From contig NC_069000.1 in the NCBI RefSeq assembly GCF_001194135.2, positions 18,548,655-18,612,654 on the forward strand: DNA of 64,000 bases, in the 5' to 3' direction. Position numbers and translations under genes: made by a program. Source of the stretch: Octopus bimaculoides. Lineage: Eukaryota. Within the stretch, counting starts at the first letter, position 1. Each line of letters begins with the position of its first letter. Below, piece by piece: positions 27,281 to 41,312 of the stretch. The notes under the pieces were generated by a model. That model was not told the origin of the DNA. It ran no database searches and saw only the letters and a program-made list of their open reading frames with translations.

Positions 27281-30200
27281 ACCAAGTTTGTTTATAGATA
27301 ATTTAGTCACAGCTATTTTACTTTTTAAAATTTATCTTAAGTATATATATATCTTAAAGAATCCATAAATCCATGTTAGTTATGTTATATAGACACACCT
27401 ACCTACATTATATGACTTGCCCTGAATGTGTGCGTGCACGTGAGTATAGACACACATACATATAAACAAAATGGTTATATATATATATATATATGTCCAC
27501 TGTTACTTAGTACTGAATGCTATCTTTGTCACTAATGATAAAAAGCTAAAACTAGTACTAGCACTGCATATGCTAAAACACTAATCCAGGCGTGTACACA
27601 AGTGCATGAATGCAACAAAAACACTGATAATAACTGCATATCTGAACAAACCAAAAACAAACAAAATACACTTCAAGACAGTACTTGTAAGCATGCCTTA
27701 TCACTTTATCTGGTACCACAGATGTGGCAGTGTGGTAAGAAGCTTGCTTCCCAATGCTTCCCCAACCACTTGGTTCCAGGTTCAATCCTACTCTGTGGTA
27801 CCTTGGGCATCTTCTACTATAGCTCTAGGCAGAACAAAGATTGTGAGTGGATTTGTTAAATGAAACCTGAAAGATGCTCTTCATATATGTGTGTGTGTGT
27901 GTGTGTGTACAGGGTGTTCATAAATTATCTTTACAACTTCCACAATTTATTGTTAAATTTTAAAGGTAAATTTATGGACACCTTGTATATGCACACGCTC
28001 ACTATGGAATGGGAGAGTGGAATGGAATTAAAGAAAACGTGTGTGTTTCCCTGTATTCTCTTCTCTTGATATCATGGGTTAATTGAAAATGAAAGTCACC
28101 ATCAAACAAGCAGTTTTGTTCATTCCCAATCTTCCATGAAAATATATCAGCTGTGTGACAAGAAAGGGCATTCAGTCGTTGAGAATCTGCCTCAACAAAT
28201 TCTATCTGACCTATGCAAGCATGGAAAAGTGGAATCTAAAACAAAAATGATGATGATACATACACACACACACATTATACCATTGTCATCATCACTATAT
28301 AGGCTTATTGAGATCCTTACCACCACCATTACTACCATTTCATCTTTGGACAGATCTGTTCTACAGAATATTTTCAGATTTGTTTAGCATTTGTGTTTTA
28401 TCTTCATTTAGGTTCAGTATTCTTAGTGATTCACACGCAACTATACACAAACAGCTTCATACACACAAACATACTTAATGACATACATCAGAATCTCCTG
28501 TATCTTAAATAGCGAGCATATTAAAAAATATATAATTATAATAACACTGAGCTGACTAATGATGTTGGTGATGCTAGTGAAGAGGTGTTGACGAAGATAG
28601 TGATAATGATGATGATGTTTGGCAGAGGAAGAAGGTTTGTTGGAGCTGTTGATATTTCGCAGTTCTTTAATATAATTACGTAGTTAGGACAAGCTCTTGT
28701 GGTATTTGTTACCATTGTAGCTCCAATGATACTTTGGCAGCTAAGATAGGAGTTATCTTTCTTTAATTCCACTCTCCCTCTCCATGATATGTGTGTGAGT
28801 GTATGTGTGAAAGTTTTTTTTTTATATATAGTTTTAAGTAGCAATAAATTTGTTTTTCTAAAGACACGAATAGATTTTTTTCTATGCAGATTTCAATGAT
28901 AGTTTGTTTTCCCACACAGAAACACACATATAGATGCAGGTTTAGCTTACAGACACAAATTGAGCTGAAGATTTATTTTTCCGCATACACACATTAGGTG
29001 ATAGCTTTTACATACATTCAGATGTAGGTTTTGTCTTACACACACACAAGTACCACTGAAGGAGTCAGAAAACAAAGGACAACATAGGTGTGTCACATAA
29101 TAAGGAACCACAAAAGTGGTTACACACAGAGAAAGATCACACAAATGATAAACTCACAGAGATAGGGCACACAAAACATTAGTTTTTTTCCTTCTCTTCC
29201 CTAACATAAAATTGTAATGTAATTGGAAACTAATAATCCTGTCTACTATAGGCACAAGGCCTGAAATTGGCAGGAGGGGATAGTCAATTACATCGACCCC
29301 AGTACCCAACTGGTACTTAATTTATCAACCCCGAAAGGATGAAAGGCAAAACCAACCTTGGTGGAATTTGAACTCAGAACATAACGACAGGCGAAATACT
29401 GTTAAGCATCTTGCCAGGTGTGCTAACGATTCTGCCAGGTGTGCTAACGATTCTGCCAGCTTGCCACCTTGTTGAAAACTAATAATAATATTTTAGAGAT
29501 AGTGATAACCCTATTACTATTCTTCCAAACTACATGATTTCATGTTCAGTCCCACTGTGTGGCATCTTGGACAAGTGTCTTCTACTATAGCCCTAGGTCA
29601 ACCAATGCCTTGTGAGTGGACTTGGTAGACAGACACTGAAAGAAGCTTGTCCATTATGATGATGATGATGATGATGATATGTGATTGCATATATATTTGA
29701 GTCTCCTTCTCTTGGCATTGCCCTATAGTTGTAAATGAATGTCATGTCATACAAGCAGTGTTATTCATTTCCAATATCCTGTAAAAACATGTCTGGTCAC
29801 AGAGAAATATTACTTTGATTGGACATAGGTGAGGATTGGTGACAAAATGAGCATTCAGCCATAGAATATATACCACAATAAACCCCATTTCATCCATGCA
29901 AACATGGAAATGTGGATGATAAAATGACAATGAAATAACAACAATAAAGAAACCATTATTTGAATGAGTTGTGTTTTTCGTTTTGCTGAGAGTGGAGAGA
30001 GGCAATTATTGTTAAAAGCTGGATTTATTTACTAGCAAATACTAAACATCCAACACTGAAAAGTAGAGCATGTTTTCCCGTTTTGTTATGTCAACATTAG
30101 GAAATTTTACTTAAGGAACACAATAGAACCTAGTGCAGTACAACATGGTTCAATGATTATGTCAGCAATTTCTCACAATGCGAGGTTATGCTAACTCATT

Positions 30201-31054
30201 ATCATCATGTACTACCTGTTTTCCATGCTGGTATGGGTTAGACAGGAGTTGGTAAGCCAAAGAGCTGCATCAGGCTCCAGTCATCTGTTTTAGCTTGGTT
30301 TCTGTGGCTCAATATCCTTCTTAATGCTAACCACTCCATAGAGTGTACTGGGCGTCTTTTATGCATCACTGGCATGGGTGCCTTTTGTGTGTCACTGACA
30401 GAGGTGCCTCATTTGTGTCACTGGCACTGGTCACGGCCATGATTTCACTAAGCTTGATGTGTCCTCTCAAGTACAGCAAATTGCCAAAAGTCCTGGCCAC
30501 TTGTCATCACCTCCATGAGACATAACATCCAAAGAATCAGAAAGATTTTTAACACAAGCACAAGGCTTCACATTTAAGCAAAAGGTATCAGTTGATTAGA
30601 CTGATATCGGTTTTTAAATGGTACTTTACTTATCATCCTTCCAGTCTAAGTAAAAAGTCAAATGATCCTAGTGGGGGTTTAAAACTAAAAAATATAAAAA
30701 TATACAAACTAAAAATACAGTAAAGTATTTTATCAAATGCGCTAACATCAACATTATCAATGCTTTGCATGGATTATAAGTATATGTGTATTTTTGCACA
30801 TACACATACAATGGGCTTCCTTCAATTTCCATGCACCAAATTACTGCACATGGCATTAGTTGTCCAGATCTATAGAAGACACATCCAAAGTATTGCGGAA
30901 TGAGACCAGCCTGAAATCATCTGGTTATGTGTTATTACCGTGTAGTTACAATCATGTGGTTTTAACCACATGGCCGTAACACTCTGCGAAATATCCAAAT
31001 TTAACCCTTTAGCTTCAGATTATTTTGTCAAATGTAATATTTACTATTTTATTT

Positions 31055-31250
31055 GTTTCAGTCATTTGACTGTGGCCATGCTGGAGCACCGCCTTTAGTC
31101 GAGTAAATCAACCCCAGGACTTATTCTTTGTAAGCCTAGTACTTATTCTATTGGTTCACTTTTGCCGAACCACTAAGTTACAGGGATGTAAACACACCAG
31201 CATCGGTTGTCAAGCGATGTTGGGGGGGACAATCACAGACACACAAACAT

Positions 31251-31295
<45 letters not shown>

Positions 31296-31447
31296 CGACA
31301 GGCTTCTTTCAGTTTGCGTCTACCAAATCCACTCACAAGGCTTTGGTTGGCTATAGCAGAAGACACTTGCCCAAGGTGCCACGCGGTGGGACTGAACCCG
31401 GATCCATGTGGTTCGTAAGCAAGCTACTTACCACACAGCCACTCCTA
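31055..31447 (-). mobile_element. SINE family B copy
   Basis: Collinear with 26905-27280. Confidence 0.85.
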
Positions 31448-31899
31448 CATTCACACTGTTTTGAATTAATAAAGCATTATCTTGTAGCATTGAAATTTTG
31501 ACAATGTGTCTGTACATTTTTAAAATGACATTGTAGGGTAGGTGAGACAGACCAAATCTGGCCAGTTTGAACATAAAACAGGTAGAGTTTGGGGGCTGGA
31601 TATGGTTGATTTAAATGTTAAAGGGCTAATTAATTCAGCAGCTAAGGTAAGAAGAAACATTTGGATGGACTACATATCACATTGCATCAAAATATTGGTG
31701 AAGCAATGATACCAGAAAAATATTTATGTCTTAGGTTAATTTGTGAAGTGTATTATCACTAAGAGAGAGGTAATTTATGCATAAACTAAATTTAAAGTTT
31801 ACAAAATTTAGTCAAATGATTAAATGAACTTTTTAACTATTATGAAACAGTTAGCAAAGATGTTTTTGCTCATGTATTGATTATTGTACTTTGTCATAC

Positions 31900-32640
31900 A
31901 TGCACACTGATGTTGCACATCCAACAAAACATACTACCTTCATTCTTCTCTAGTCTACACGTCTTCTGCATTCAGAGCCCAGGTCTCACTATCATGGAGT
32001 ATAGCCATTCGTACACAAGCAGCACACAATCTACCTTTCACTCTGAGAGAGAGTCCTTTTGCTGCCAACAGAGGTAATAGTTCTTTGAACTTCCTCCATC
32101 CTATTCTTATTCTAGAAGCAAAACTTTCAGAGCATCCACCGCTATTGCTAATTTGGTCACCTAGGTAACAGAAACTATCCACAACCTCAACAGAGCCTCC
32201 TGGGCATTTGAGAGAGTCTTTAGCGCTTATTGTTCTTGCATGTAGGAAGACGATTTTATCTTTTAATCTACCTGTGATTCTATTACACCTCTTATGAGTT
32301 CATAGCTTACATTGAGTGCAGTGAATGAAATTACTTCCAACTCCTTTTCTACATAGTGATGGCAAGAGAATCTTATCTGCTTTCTTGCTAACAACTTTTG
32401 TCATCACAAGGTTAAATTTAAGGGCCTTTGATTCCAGGTTTGCTTCCATACCTGGAATTTCTTCTCCAATTCTGCTATAGATTCTGCAATAAGAATGAGG
32501 TTATCAGCATATAGTAGTTCCCACAGGCATCCTATTTTGAATTCCTCTGTTATAGCCTGGAAGACTATAATAAATAGTAGTGGACTGAGAACTGAGCCCT
32601 GGTGAACCTCTACTTGTTCATTAAATTTATCACTGTATTC
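31900..32640 (-). mobile_element. Decayed RTE-clade LINE RT fragment
   Basis: Encodes KFNEQVEVHQGSVLSPLLFIIVFQAITEEFKIGCLWELLYADNLIL, then a PHD-like remnant (THKRC..), then DSFCYLGDQISNSGGCSE..RIRIGWRKFKELLPLL. Confidence 0.85.
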
Positions 32641-32989
32641 ATGTAGATAATCAATATATTATTTTTGCAAGTAATATTATAAATGAGATAAATAATACAC
32701 AATACACATTGTAGAGTATGAATCTTATCTATAATAGTAATCAATTTGAACTGGTTGTGTAGATACAGAGTCCTTTTTGTTACCATGTTGTTGCAAGTAC
32801 TATCTTAACATGTGAAATCTTCGGCAAAATATCTTGTACTATAGTCCCAGGTTAAACAATGCTTCATGAGTGAATTTGGTAGATGGAAACTGTGTGGAAG
32901 TCCATTGTAGAGTATTAATAATTGTTAGAGGTTGAAATTTTTTCTGGCCCTGAACAGAAGAGGAATTTGTAAGGATAAGGATTTGATCC

Positions 32990-34690
32990 TAGCTATGTTA
33001 AGGACTTGCTTTCATCAGGATAGGGCCTTGATGATAGTAAGATCAAACAACTGAGTAAATTTGAGAGCTTGAGTCGTATGCTGCTCATATTTAGTGGGTG
33101 TATGGTGTGATGTTTTCTTGATACGAGTAGCATTTTGTGTTTTCTTGCTGTTGAAAGAGAAAAAGTTGGCATATACCTACAGGAGGATGCTTTCAAGGCC
33201 ACTATTCATGGTGTGTGTGCCTGGCATTTTGTGTCTGGGTTGAGGGTAGATAAAACATAGATGGAGAATGTAAGGGAGGAATGAAGGGTAGTGTTATTTG
33301 TGAAAGAGTGAGTGTTGTTGGGTGTGATAGCATGTAAGTCATTGATGTATAGAAGGAAGAGAGGGAGTGATAAAACTGAACCCTCAGGTATGCCAAAGAT
33401 GATAGAATAAGAACTCCATTATTAGGGGGATTCGGTAGGAAGCTACTGATCCAAGAGATGAGAGATAGGTAGAGCATACAGGCAGAAAGTTTCAATAGGA
33501 GAATTACATGCAAGACATGATCGGAGTCTTACTCAGGTTGAGAATGACAACATCACTTCCTCCAAAGCAAACAGAGGAGAAGGTCACTTGTGGATCTGGC
33601 TTTGAGGAAACAGAACTGATGGTCATTAAGGGGGAAATTTTGATAGATTTACATGCCAAAGGAAGTTTGTAGTGTCAGATAAGCAAAAAATTTTACGAAG
33701 AGTCAAAGACGTTTTTGAGTATTTTTTATAAGTTCACATTTGTTGAAATCATGGTAGAGGTAAATGACTGAGTATGGTGAGAGCAGTTTGTCCTTGTGTT
33801 GTTGTTTAGCCCCAAATTGGTTCTGAACTGGCAGACATACAATGTAAAGCCTTCCAGCCACGATCATACTATCTTTTTAGGAAAAGTATATAATTGTACA
33901 TGATCCAAAGTTTTCCTCTGTTAAGACAATGGGGTGTGATATGAAGGAAAGACTGTTATTTCAAGTAGGTCAAAGTATCACAGTGGTCCCCTCCTTGGTT
34001 TGTGTTGTGTTGTATGCGGCGATTAGTAAGGGCAGTGTGTTATGAGTGAGGGCAGTGTATATGTGATGAATGAGGGGTGTATGTGTGATGAATGAAGGCC
34101 ATGCGTGATTATGGTGAGGTTAGTATGCATAGATAAGGTGAGAGTAGTGTGTGTAGATTGCCCGCAGCAAAAGTGGTATGTGTGTGTTTATGAGAGATGC
34201 AAGTGAGGGTAGGGTATATGTGTATGTAGGTGTAGTTAGAAAGGGCCCTGTGTGTGTATGAGATGTTAGTAAGGTAGTGTGTGTGTGCTGATGTATTGAG
34301 GATAGTGTATGTATTTTCCTCTGACTCCTTACAATACAAGTCTTTAACTTTCTATCTGTGGATCCAAGTATATATTCTAATACGTGACTCAAGTATTTCG
34401 CCTCCGTGTGCGTGGAGCTCCAAGTACATATTCTTTATATGTGTGTTTCTAAACGGAGTGGAAGTGAACGCCTGAACAGAGATGTGGGTGGTTTGTGTGT
34501 GTAGCAGTACATTCGTGGCATTAGGTGCGACGGTGTGTGGCGTACAATGTACTGGGGGACGGGACATGGAAGCAAAGTAAAATAATGTGTGGTTGTTGAA
34601 ACGACGGTGGAGCTTGGTGGTAGTCAAGAAAAGACCACAAGCAGAGTTGACGTAAAAAACTGCTGGGCTGGAAATATCGTTCAAATTCAC
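32990..34690 (-). mobile_element. Decayed CR1/L2/Jockey-type LINE (endonuclease remnant plus RT)
   Basis: Minus-strand motifs NDHQFCFLKARSTSDL (~33580-33625) and GIPEGSVLSLPLFLLYINDL (~33335-33395), with many stops and frameshifts. Confidence 0.7.
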
Positions 34691-36226
34691 AGAATAGAAG
34701 TTGATTTTGTGATATGATTTGTTATTGCCATATAATATGGCAGGAATGTCTTACGATGAAAGACTTTGACTTCTAATATACACTGCCATTGCTACGGAAA
34801 AAACGACGATTTATGACATAGACACAAGACTGTTAGGGACGAGTAGGGATTAGTCGATTGGCTGGATACTTTACTACGAAATCATAACAAAGTAAAAGTG
34901 AATATAATGTCCGTGTGCGTTTAACGAGGACAATAATCTGCACTTGATATAATTGTTATATTTCATCACACATTACAATAATAGATCAAATCACTTGTCA
35001 AACAAGGACAACTAAAAAATGTGTATGTATATGTATGTGTGTGTGTGTTAGAGAAAGAGAACTTGACATGGAATTTACTGATACAGGATATCAACATATA
35101 AAACCAGAACAAGATATATTGAAGTCATTTATCTACATTAATATTCATAAGGATGATGGCACACGAACTTAGATGAGGAATTTTACTATTGCTTTTTTCA
35201 TGGTGAGGGGATCGACAAAGGCTATTTACTAGTTTCAACATAGTGTATTTTTCATCTTTTTTCTCTCCGACAATAATGAAACTTTAAACACGCGCCATAA
35301 ATTGTTTGGGTGTGTCGCACACCAAACGACTCGACATAAAGTATATACACACGTGTATGTAATTGCGTGTAAGTGTTGAAATTATACGTAGATGCATGCA
35401 TGCAGGCATATACACTTCTAAAAACTCAATGAATATAATCTATAAGAAACTACACTGGTGACAAGCATAGAGTTAAACACTTTCGTGTTGTTCCGTCGCC
35501 TCAACGTTCCAAGTTTAAATTCCCGCAGGTTTGTCTAAATAAGAGCCAATAAATAATACACAAGAGGGATCACTGCAGTTTCCTATACCTCAATAGTCGC
35601 TATGCGATCAAGCAATCTGCTAGAGATAACAGATCTTCTTTAAATGACACTCTACAATCTAAAACAAGATCATTAGAAAGCGTAGTCCAACATGTAATCT
35701 AAAAACAAAGTGGGGATGTTCATGACTGGAACGCTTTTGATTGTACGTCTGGTCTTTCAGAGTTAACCTGGGATTAAACAACTGTTAGGAATAGTTCACC
35801 TTGTGTCACAATAAGAAAGGATTAAATGCACAACAAACAAAAACGGCATAACTACAGGGTTTTACCCCCCCCCCCAGACTTTGAGAGGTCATAACTTTCA
35901 GAAAACCCTGTAGTTATGCCAGTTATGCCACAAAAACATGCACGTATATAGATGACTGTATGTAAATACATTATATATATATATATATATATNNNNNNNN
36001 NNNNNNNNNNNNNNNNNNNNNNNNNNNNNNNNNNNNNNNNNNNNNNNNNNNNNNNNNNNNNNNNNNNNNNNNNNNNNNNNNNNNNNNNNNNNNNNNNNNN
36101 NNNNNNNNNNNNNNNNNNNNNNNNNNNNNNNNNNNNNNNNNNNNNNNNNNNNNNNNNNNNNNNNNNNNNNNNNNNNNNNNNNNNNNNNNNNNNNNNNNNN
36201 NNNNNNNNNNNNNNNNNNNNNNNNNN

Positions 36227-36270
<44 letters not shown>

Positions 36271-36933
36271 GTGAAAGCCCTGAGTGTGTTAGAAGCTGCA
36301 GTCAGCTGTTGTTAAACACATTACTCAGCTCAAATTTAATTGCACTAGCTTAAAAAATAACCTTTTCCTCCTCCTCTTATAAATAAATAAATATACATTT
36401 AAATATACACCGATATAAATTATATTAAAAGACTGAATCTTTTATACGCAAGTTTTTTTTAATAGCTTTAGAGGTTCCGCTTATGAAAGACAGGCTGCTG
36501 TTTTTACATGCATTTATTCACGTATGACTGTTATGTACATATAAATTATTTATATGCGATTGTCAGTGTAGATTTAGTTCTGTTTCTTCCACTATATATT
36601 TATAGACAATTTCAATAACCTTTTTTGTTTTCTCGCTATAGCAAATGGCAGCAGATGATTTAAGTGACTGAGAGTCACATTTCCTGATATCAACTTCATT
36701 TCGTAAGCTCCACCGAAAAATTTACAGAATGTTGCAAGTAGTTTGGCCGTGTTGTTTTGCCAAATCTACAATACAAACATCGCAGATCTTGAATGTTTCT
36801 TAAAAAAAAAAGCAAAAAAACCTATAACCTTTATAGTAAGGAAGTCATTTCATATATATTAAGTGGAGGGAAAGTTGCGTACGTATATATTTAAGCAGCT
36901 ACAGGGAAAGATATAGATTGGTATGTGTGTGTT

Positions 36934-36993
<60 letters not shown>

Positions 36994-38568
36994 TGGGAGG
37001 AAGAAATATAGTTATATATAAATATAAAAATTATCTAGTTATATATGATTGATAGATCGTTAGACAAATCGACAGAGGAAAAACAGAAGGCTAAACGGTT
37101 GTCCTGACATTGTTGTCATAAGCTTTTAGAAAATTGAAGCACCTTGCGTCATATGTATGTGATCATAATGATCTTAATGAGATTAAGAAAGAAATATGTA
37201 CCTTCTATTCTGTTTCGTTTTCCCCCCACTTGTCTATTTACACAACTATCACGTGTAAAGAAGAATCGAGAAGCTTGTATAGACGTGTTTGTAATTTTGT
37301 ATACACATGCAATAGGCTCAATGTATGCATCTGATGGAGTGTATGTTGTGTTGTGTTCTCGGTATGTATTAAGGAATGATGGGGCAATGAGTGGAATGAA
37401 GATTATGTATCTATAATATATAATATGAGTGTTTGTATAAAATAAATCATCACGTACAGTATACAGATTCGTCACACTACATCGTAAAGCTTGCACGGTT
37501 TCTAAAGGAAGTGATAAAAAGTATTAGAGAGAGAGAGAGAGAGAAATAGAAAGAAAGAGAGAGGGGTGGGTGGAGAATAAAAAGACAGAAATGAACAGAG
37601 GAGAGAAAAAGAGCAGCAAGGGAACTGAGAGAGGGAGATGTAAGATGTAAAGTAAAAGAGAAAGTGTGTGAGAGGTAATGAGTGGAAGAGATAGGAAGAT
37701 AAGGTAGAAACAGAAAGTGAAAGAGAGAGATAGGGAGATATAGAGATAGAGACAGAGAATAAATGTATGTGTGAGAGTGAAAATGTGAAATAAAGAATGT
37801 ATATATGAGGGAATGAGTGGAAGTGTGAGAGAGTATGTGTGGGAGGGAAATGGTGAGAGACGAAGACATACAAAGATAAGATAAGGGGTGATAAAAAAAA
37901 GGAGAAAAAGTAAGAAGTTCTGAAGACTCACACTTCCCTCCCCCCAAAATAAAGGAAAACGAAAAAAAGACAAAAGTCACAGTGAGAGGGTGAGAAAGTG
38001 TGAAGGAGGAAAAAGAAACATACTGCTTGTCATATCCTCCTCCTACTCTCCCCTCACATCCTCCTACTCTGTCGGTAGGACAATGGAATTGTGGGAACAG
38101 CTGACTGCCGGAGGCCGGATCTTCTGTCGTAGACACTTGTTTGGCGTGATGCTTTGGTCATTGCGATGATGTTGATAATGATAAGCATGTTAGACTGATG
38201 ATGATGTGTTATTGTTTAGCCCTAGGTCAGTACCTATACAATCTTGTGGCATTTGCACACTGGGCATTTTCCCAAGGACTTCACGGGGCCCAAATCTGAT
38301 TTGTTATGCTGTGCCTTGCTGTCAATAAATACGTACTCTAGGACCCCAGTGCCTTGATTTCCTCACGAGTCTATAATGCTGCTAAGACGGCCCTGCCTAT
38401 ACCCAAAGATGTTCCAGCCATGACCATCCTATACTCTTAAGACGTACATTATATCCAATGTGTTCATTAAGACGTTAAGATATAATCTTGAGAGATTTAG
38501 TTGCTATTTCTTGCAGGTCGAGCGACCACAATGAAACCCTCACTTGTGGCGATCAATGATGGTGATTG

Positions 38569-39565
38569 TTACGCCGGGTGGTTGTTACGGTGTTAATCAA
38601 GTTATTACGGCAGCCTCAGTAATTGAGATGATGATGACGTTAGCAATTACGGCAGACACTTTTGACGTTGATGTGATGACGGTGAAATGTTACGGCAGTA
38701 CTGGTAATGATATGGTGAAGCCGTTGGTCGTAGTAATGATGATGGTTGCAGTTGAAACGGTGTGGTGTCGGTGTATTGTTTTTACGGCAGTCATAGTGAT
38801 ACGGTAGTGACGGACGGATGGTAGCGCTGTTGGTCGTGATTAAGGTCGCAAGGTGCTACGGCAGTCATTTGTGGTGGTGTTTTGGAGTAGTAGATTATTA
38901 CGGCAGACATGGTGGTAATGACGATGATGTTTGCAGTGTTGTTACGGCTGTCATGGTAGTGTTGGTGTAAGTGGTGAGGATGATGTGTTGCTACAACAGT
39001 CGTGTTGTTGTTTAACCCTGTCAACTCTAATCCAAGGCATCCCATTCTTAACCTTCCAGTCTTTTTAAGGTTCTTTTGGACTACATAATATAATGTATCA
39101 CTTTTTGGTTTTAAGACGGCATGGTGTGTGAATTGAAAACATTTGGCTGTTATTTCTGGCAGATCGAACGACCATATAAAGGCTCACTGGTTTCTGGTAA
39201 AATGTCAGGTAGTCATGCTGGTGTTTGTGAGAAAGTATTAGGGAGTCTTTTTGGCATTCATAATGGTAGTACCGATGGCTAACTGATGTGAAGCAGAAGT
39301 TATGGTGATAGTGACGGAGAAATGGTAAACGATGGAGGTTGTGGTTGTCGGGGTTGTGGTTGTCGGGGTTGAGTTGTTACGGCAATCAGAATTGATGGGA
39401 ATGATGGAGATGTGTTAGCCTTTGCAGCGGTTAATGGTCAGAATGATGGTTAGTCCACTAGCTGTAGGCAATATGTGTTTTTGTGGGATGCGGTGTCGGC
39501 AAACGGAAGGGCCTCCCCGGGCGGCACACACTCTAGCTACGCTAGTGGGTTGGTCGTTACAGCAG
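38569..39565 (+). repeat. Degenerate array of TTACGGCAG motifs
   Basis: Exact copies at 38605, 38647, 38690, 38782 and 38898; variants at 38569, 38585, 38799, 38856, 38942, 39377 and 39557. Confidence 0.8.
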
Positions 39566-40325
39566 TCATGGTAGTTGGATCAGTGATAATTGTGATTGAG
39601 ATGAGGATGTTGGTAATCTCTTAACGTAATAATGTGTATCGTATATGAGCCTTCACATCAGCCGTAGTTTTGATGGTGGTGGTGATAATATAGTAACAGG
39701 GGTAGGGGAGTCGGCAAACCGTTCAGACTTAGTAGTGGTAGAGTTGGTGGCTTGAGTAAACCATTACAGTATTGCTCCCTCACTATTCATTGGTGCACCC
39801 TTAGATTTACAGTAGTACATTTATTTCGAAACTCCACTTTAGCATTATTACAAATTAGTGCCCACCCAGAATATTCTGAAGTACCCCCAGGCACCAAAGT
39901 CTGGCGACGGGCCTGTTATGGTGGTCATTCTGGTGCTGGTGACGATGATGCTGTCCGTGCTTAGTGTTGGTGGTGATGGATCTTGTCTTCGTGGTGCTTG
40001 TTAGCTATTATAAGGCGCTGTTAGCCAATTAAATATGAATATTCAAAAGAAACGTGGTAGTACATACAACAGAAATTACGATTCGGAATTTTTTTTTATT
40101 TTTCAAAGTTTGTTTCTTTCATCATAAGTAACTTTTTCGGCATAACTACAGACGTATACCCTCCCGACTTCCTTACCTCAGGGCGTGCAAGAAATAGCAG
40201 CCAAATCTTTCCTTTCCTAGGGAAAGGAGCCATTTATGCGTGATTTCAATGCCACATTCATCGAAAGCATGCAAAATAACCTTGAAAAGAAAAACAACTC
40301 TGTAGTGAGGCCGATAAAACTATGA

Positions 40326-40446
40326 GGTAATCTTCTAGTTTCAAGGGGTAAAAGAAATATTCAAGGGAAATAACTTCAGTCTTATATGTATAGAAATATA
40401 TATCGTCCTATTAAGTTGCTGTATGTATGTAAATCTACGTGTGCAG

Positions 40447-40477
<31 letters not shown>

Positions 40478-40713
40478 TATATGTCCCGTCTTTGTGTTCA
40501 AACCGTTGTCCCTCCACATGGGACACAATTCTCATATTGTGTATGGATGTGTGTGTATATATATATATATGCTTGTGTATGTATGTATGTATATATAGGT
40601 AATCTTCCAGTTTCGAGGGGCAACTTAATAGGACGATATATATTTCTATACATATAAGACTGAAGTTATTTCCCTTGAATATTTCTTTTACCCCTCGAAA
40701 CTGGAAGATTACC
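40326..40713. repeat. Near-perfect ~93-bp inverted repeat with nested 23-bp copy
   Basis: 40326-40419 vs 40620-40713 show 2 mismatches; 40598-40620 is a third copy of the outer end. Confidence 0.9.
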
Positions 40714-41312
40714 CAACTCCGTAGTTATGCCGAAAATAAATTTCGAACACAGTAAAGCTGTAAGGACAGCAGAGAAAGATTATTTTACCCTTCTAAGGCG
40801 GAAAAAAGTTCCGGGTAAATACTCGATCTGTCTCAGCTTCAAAACTGCGTTCGAAATTTACTTTGTAAAATACCAACCCACGTTCGAGGATTTCAGTTTG
40901 TTTATAAAATGTTGTGGCACTTGACCCCAGTTCAGTGCATTGAAACTGAAATGACCGATCTGAACTTTATTAATCACACAACCATGTTTATATTTTCACG
41001 AACCAGTTAAGAAATTTTAAAACAAATAATTCGAAACACATGATTTTGTCAATCTGATATATTACAAGTTCAAATGATTATTTCCCCACCACCAAAACGA
41101 TCTTTGAATAAAAAGAAAGAAAACAAAATCGATCTTTTTCAAGGAGTTTGAACACATTTTGACAATAAAAAAAAAGAATCACTTAGAAAAATAAAATGAT
41201 GAAATTGACATTTATACACATCATCAGTAATGAAATAGAAAAATAGTTGTTTTTCAGGGGATATTTTTGTTAGGATCTATGGGGATAAAACTATGATTAG
41301 AACCTGACTGGC

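Noticed and set aside
28536-28844. Exon-like unique segment in the ZNF upstream intron (acceptor-like ctcctatcttag at ~28742)
   Set aside because: No phase-compatible donor giving an open frame into 24677, and no recognisable domain.
37477-38136. 219-, 149- and 123-aa minus-strand ORFs
   Set aside because: Mostly a CT-rich low-complexity tract that lacks stops by composition.
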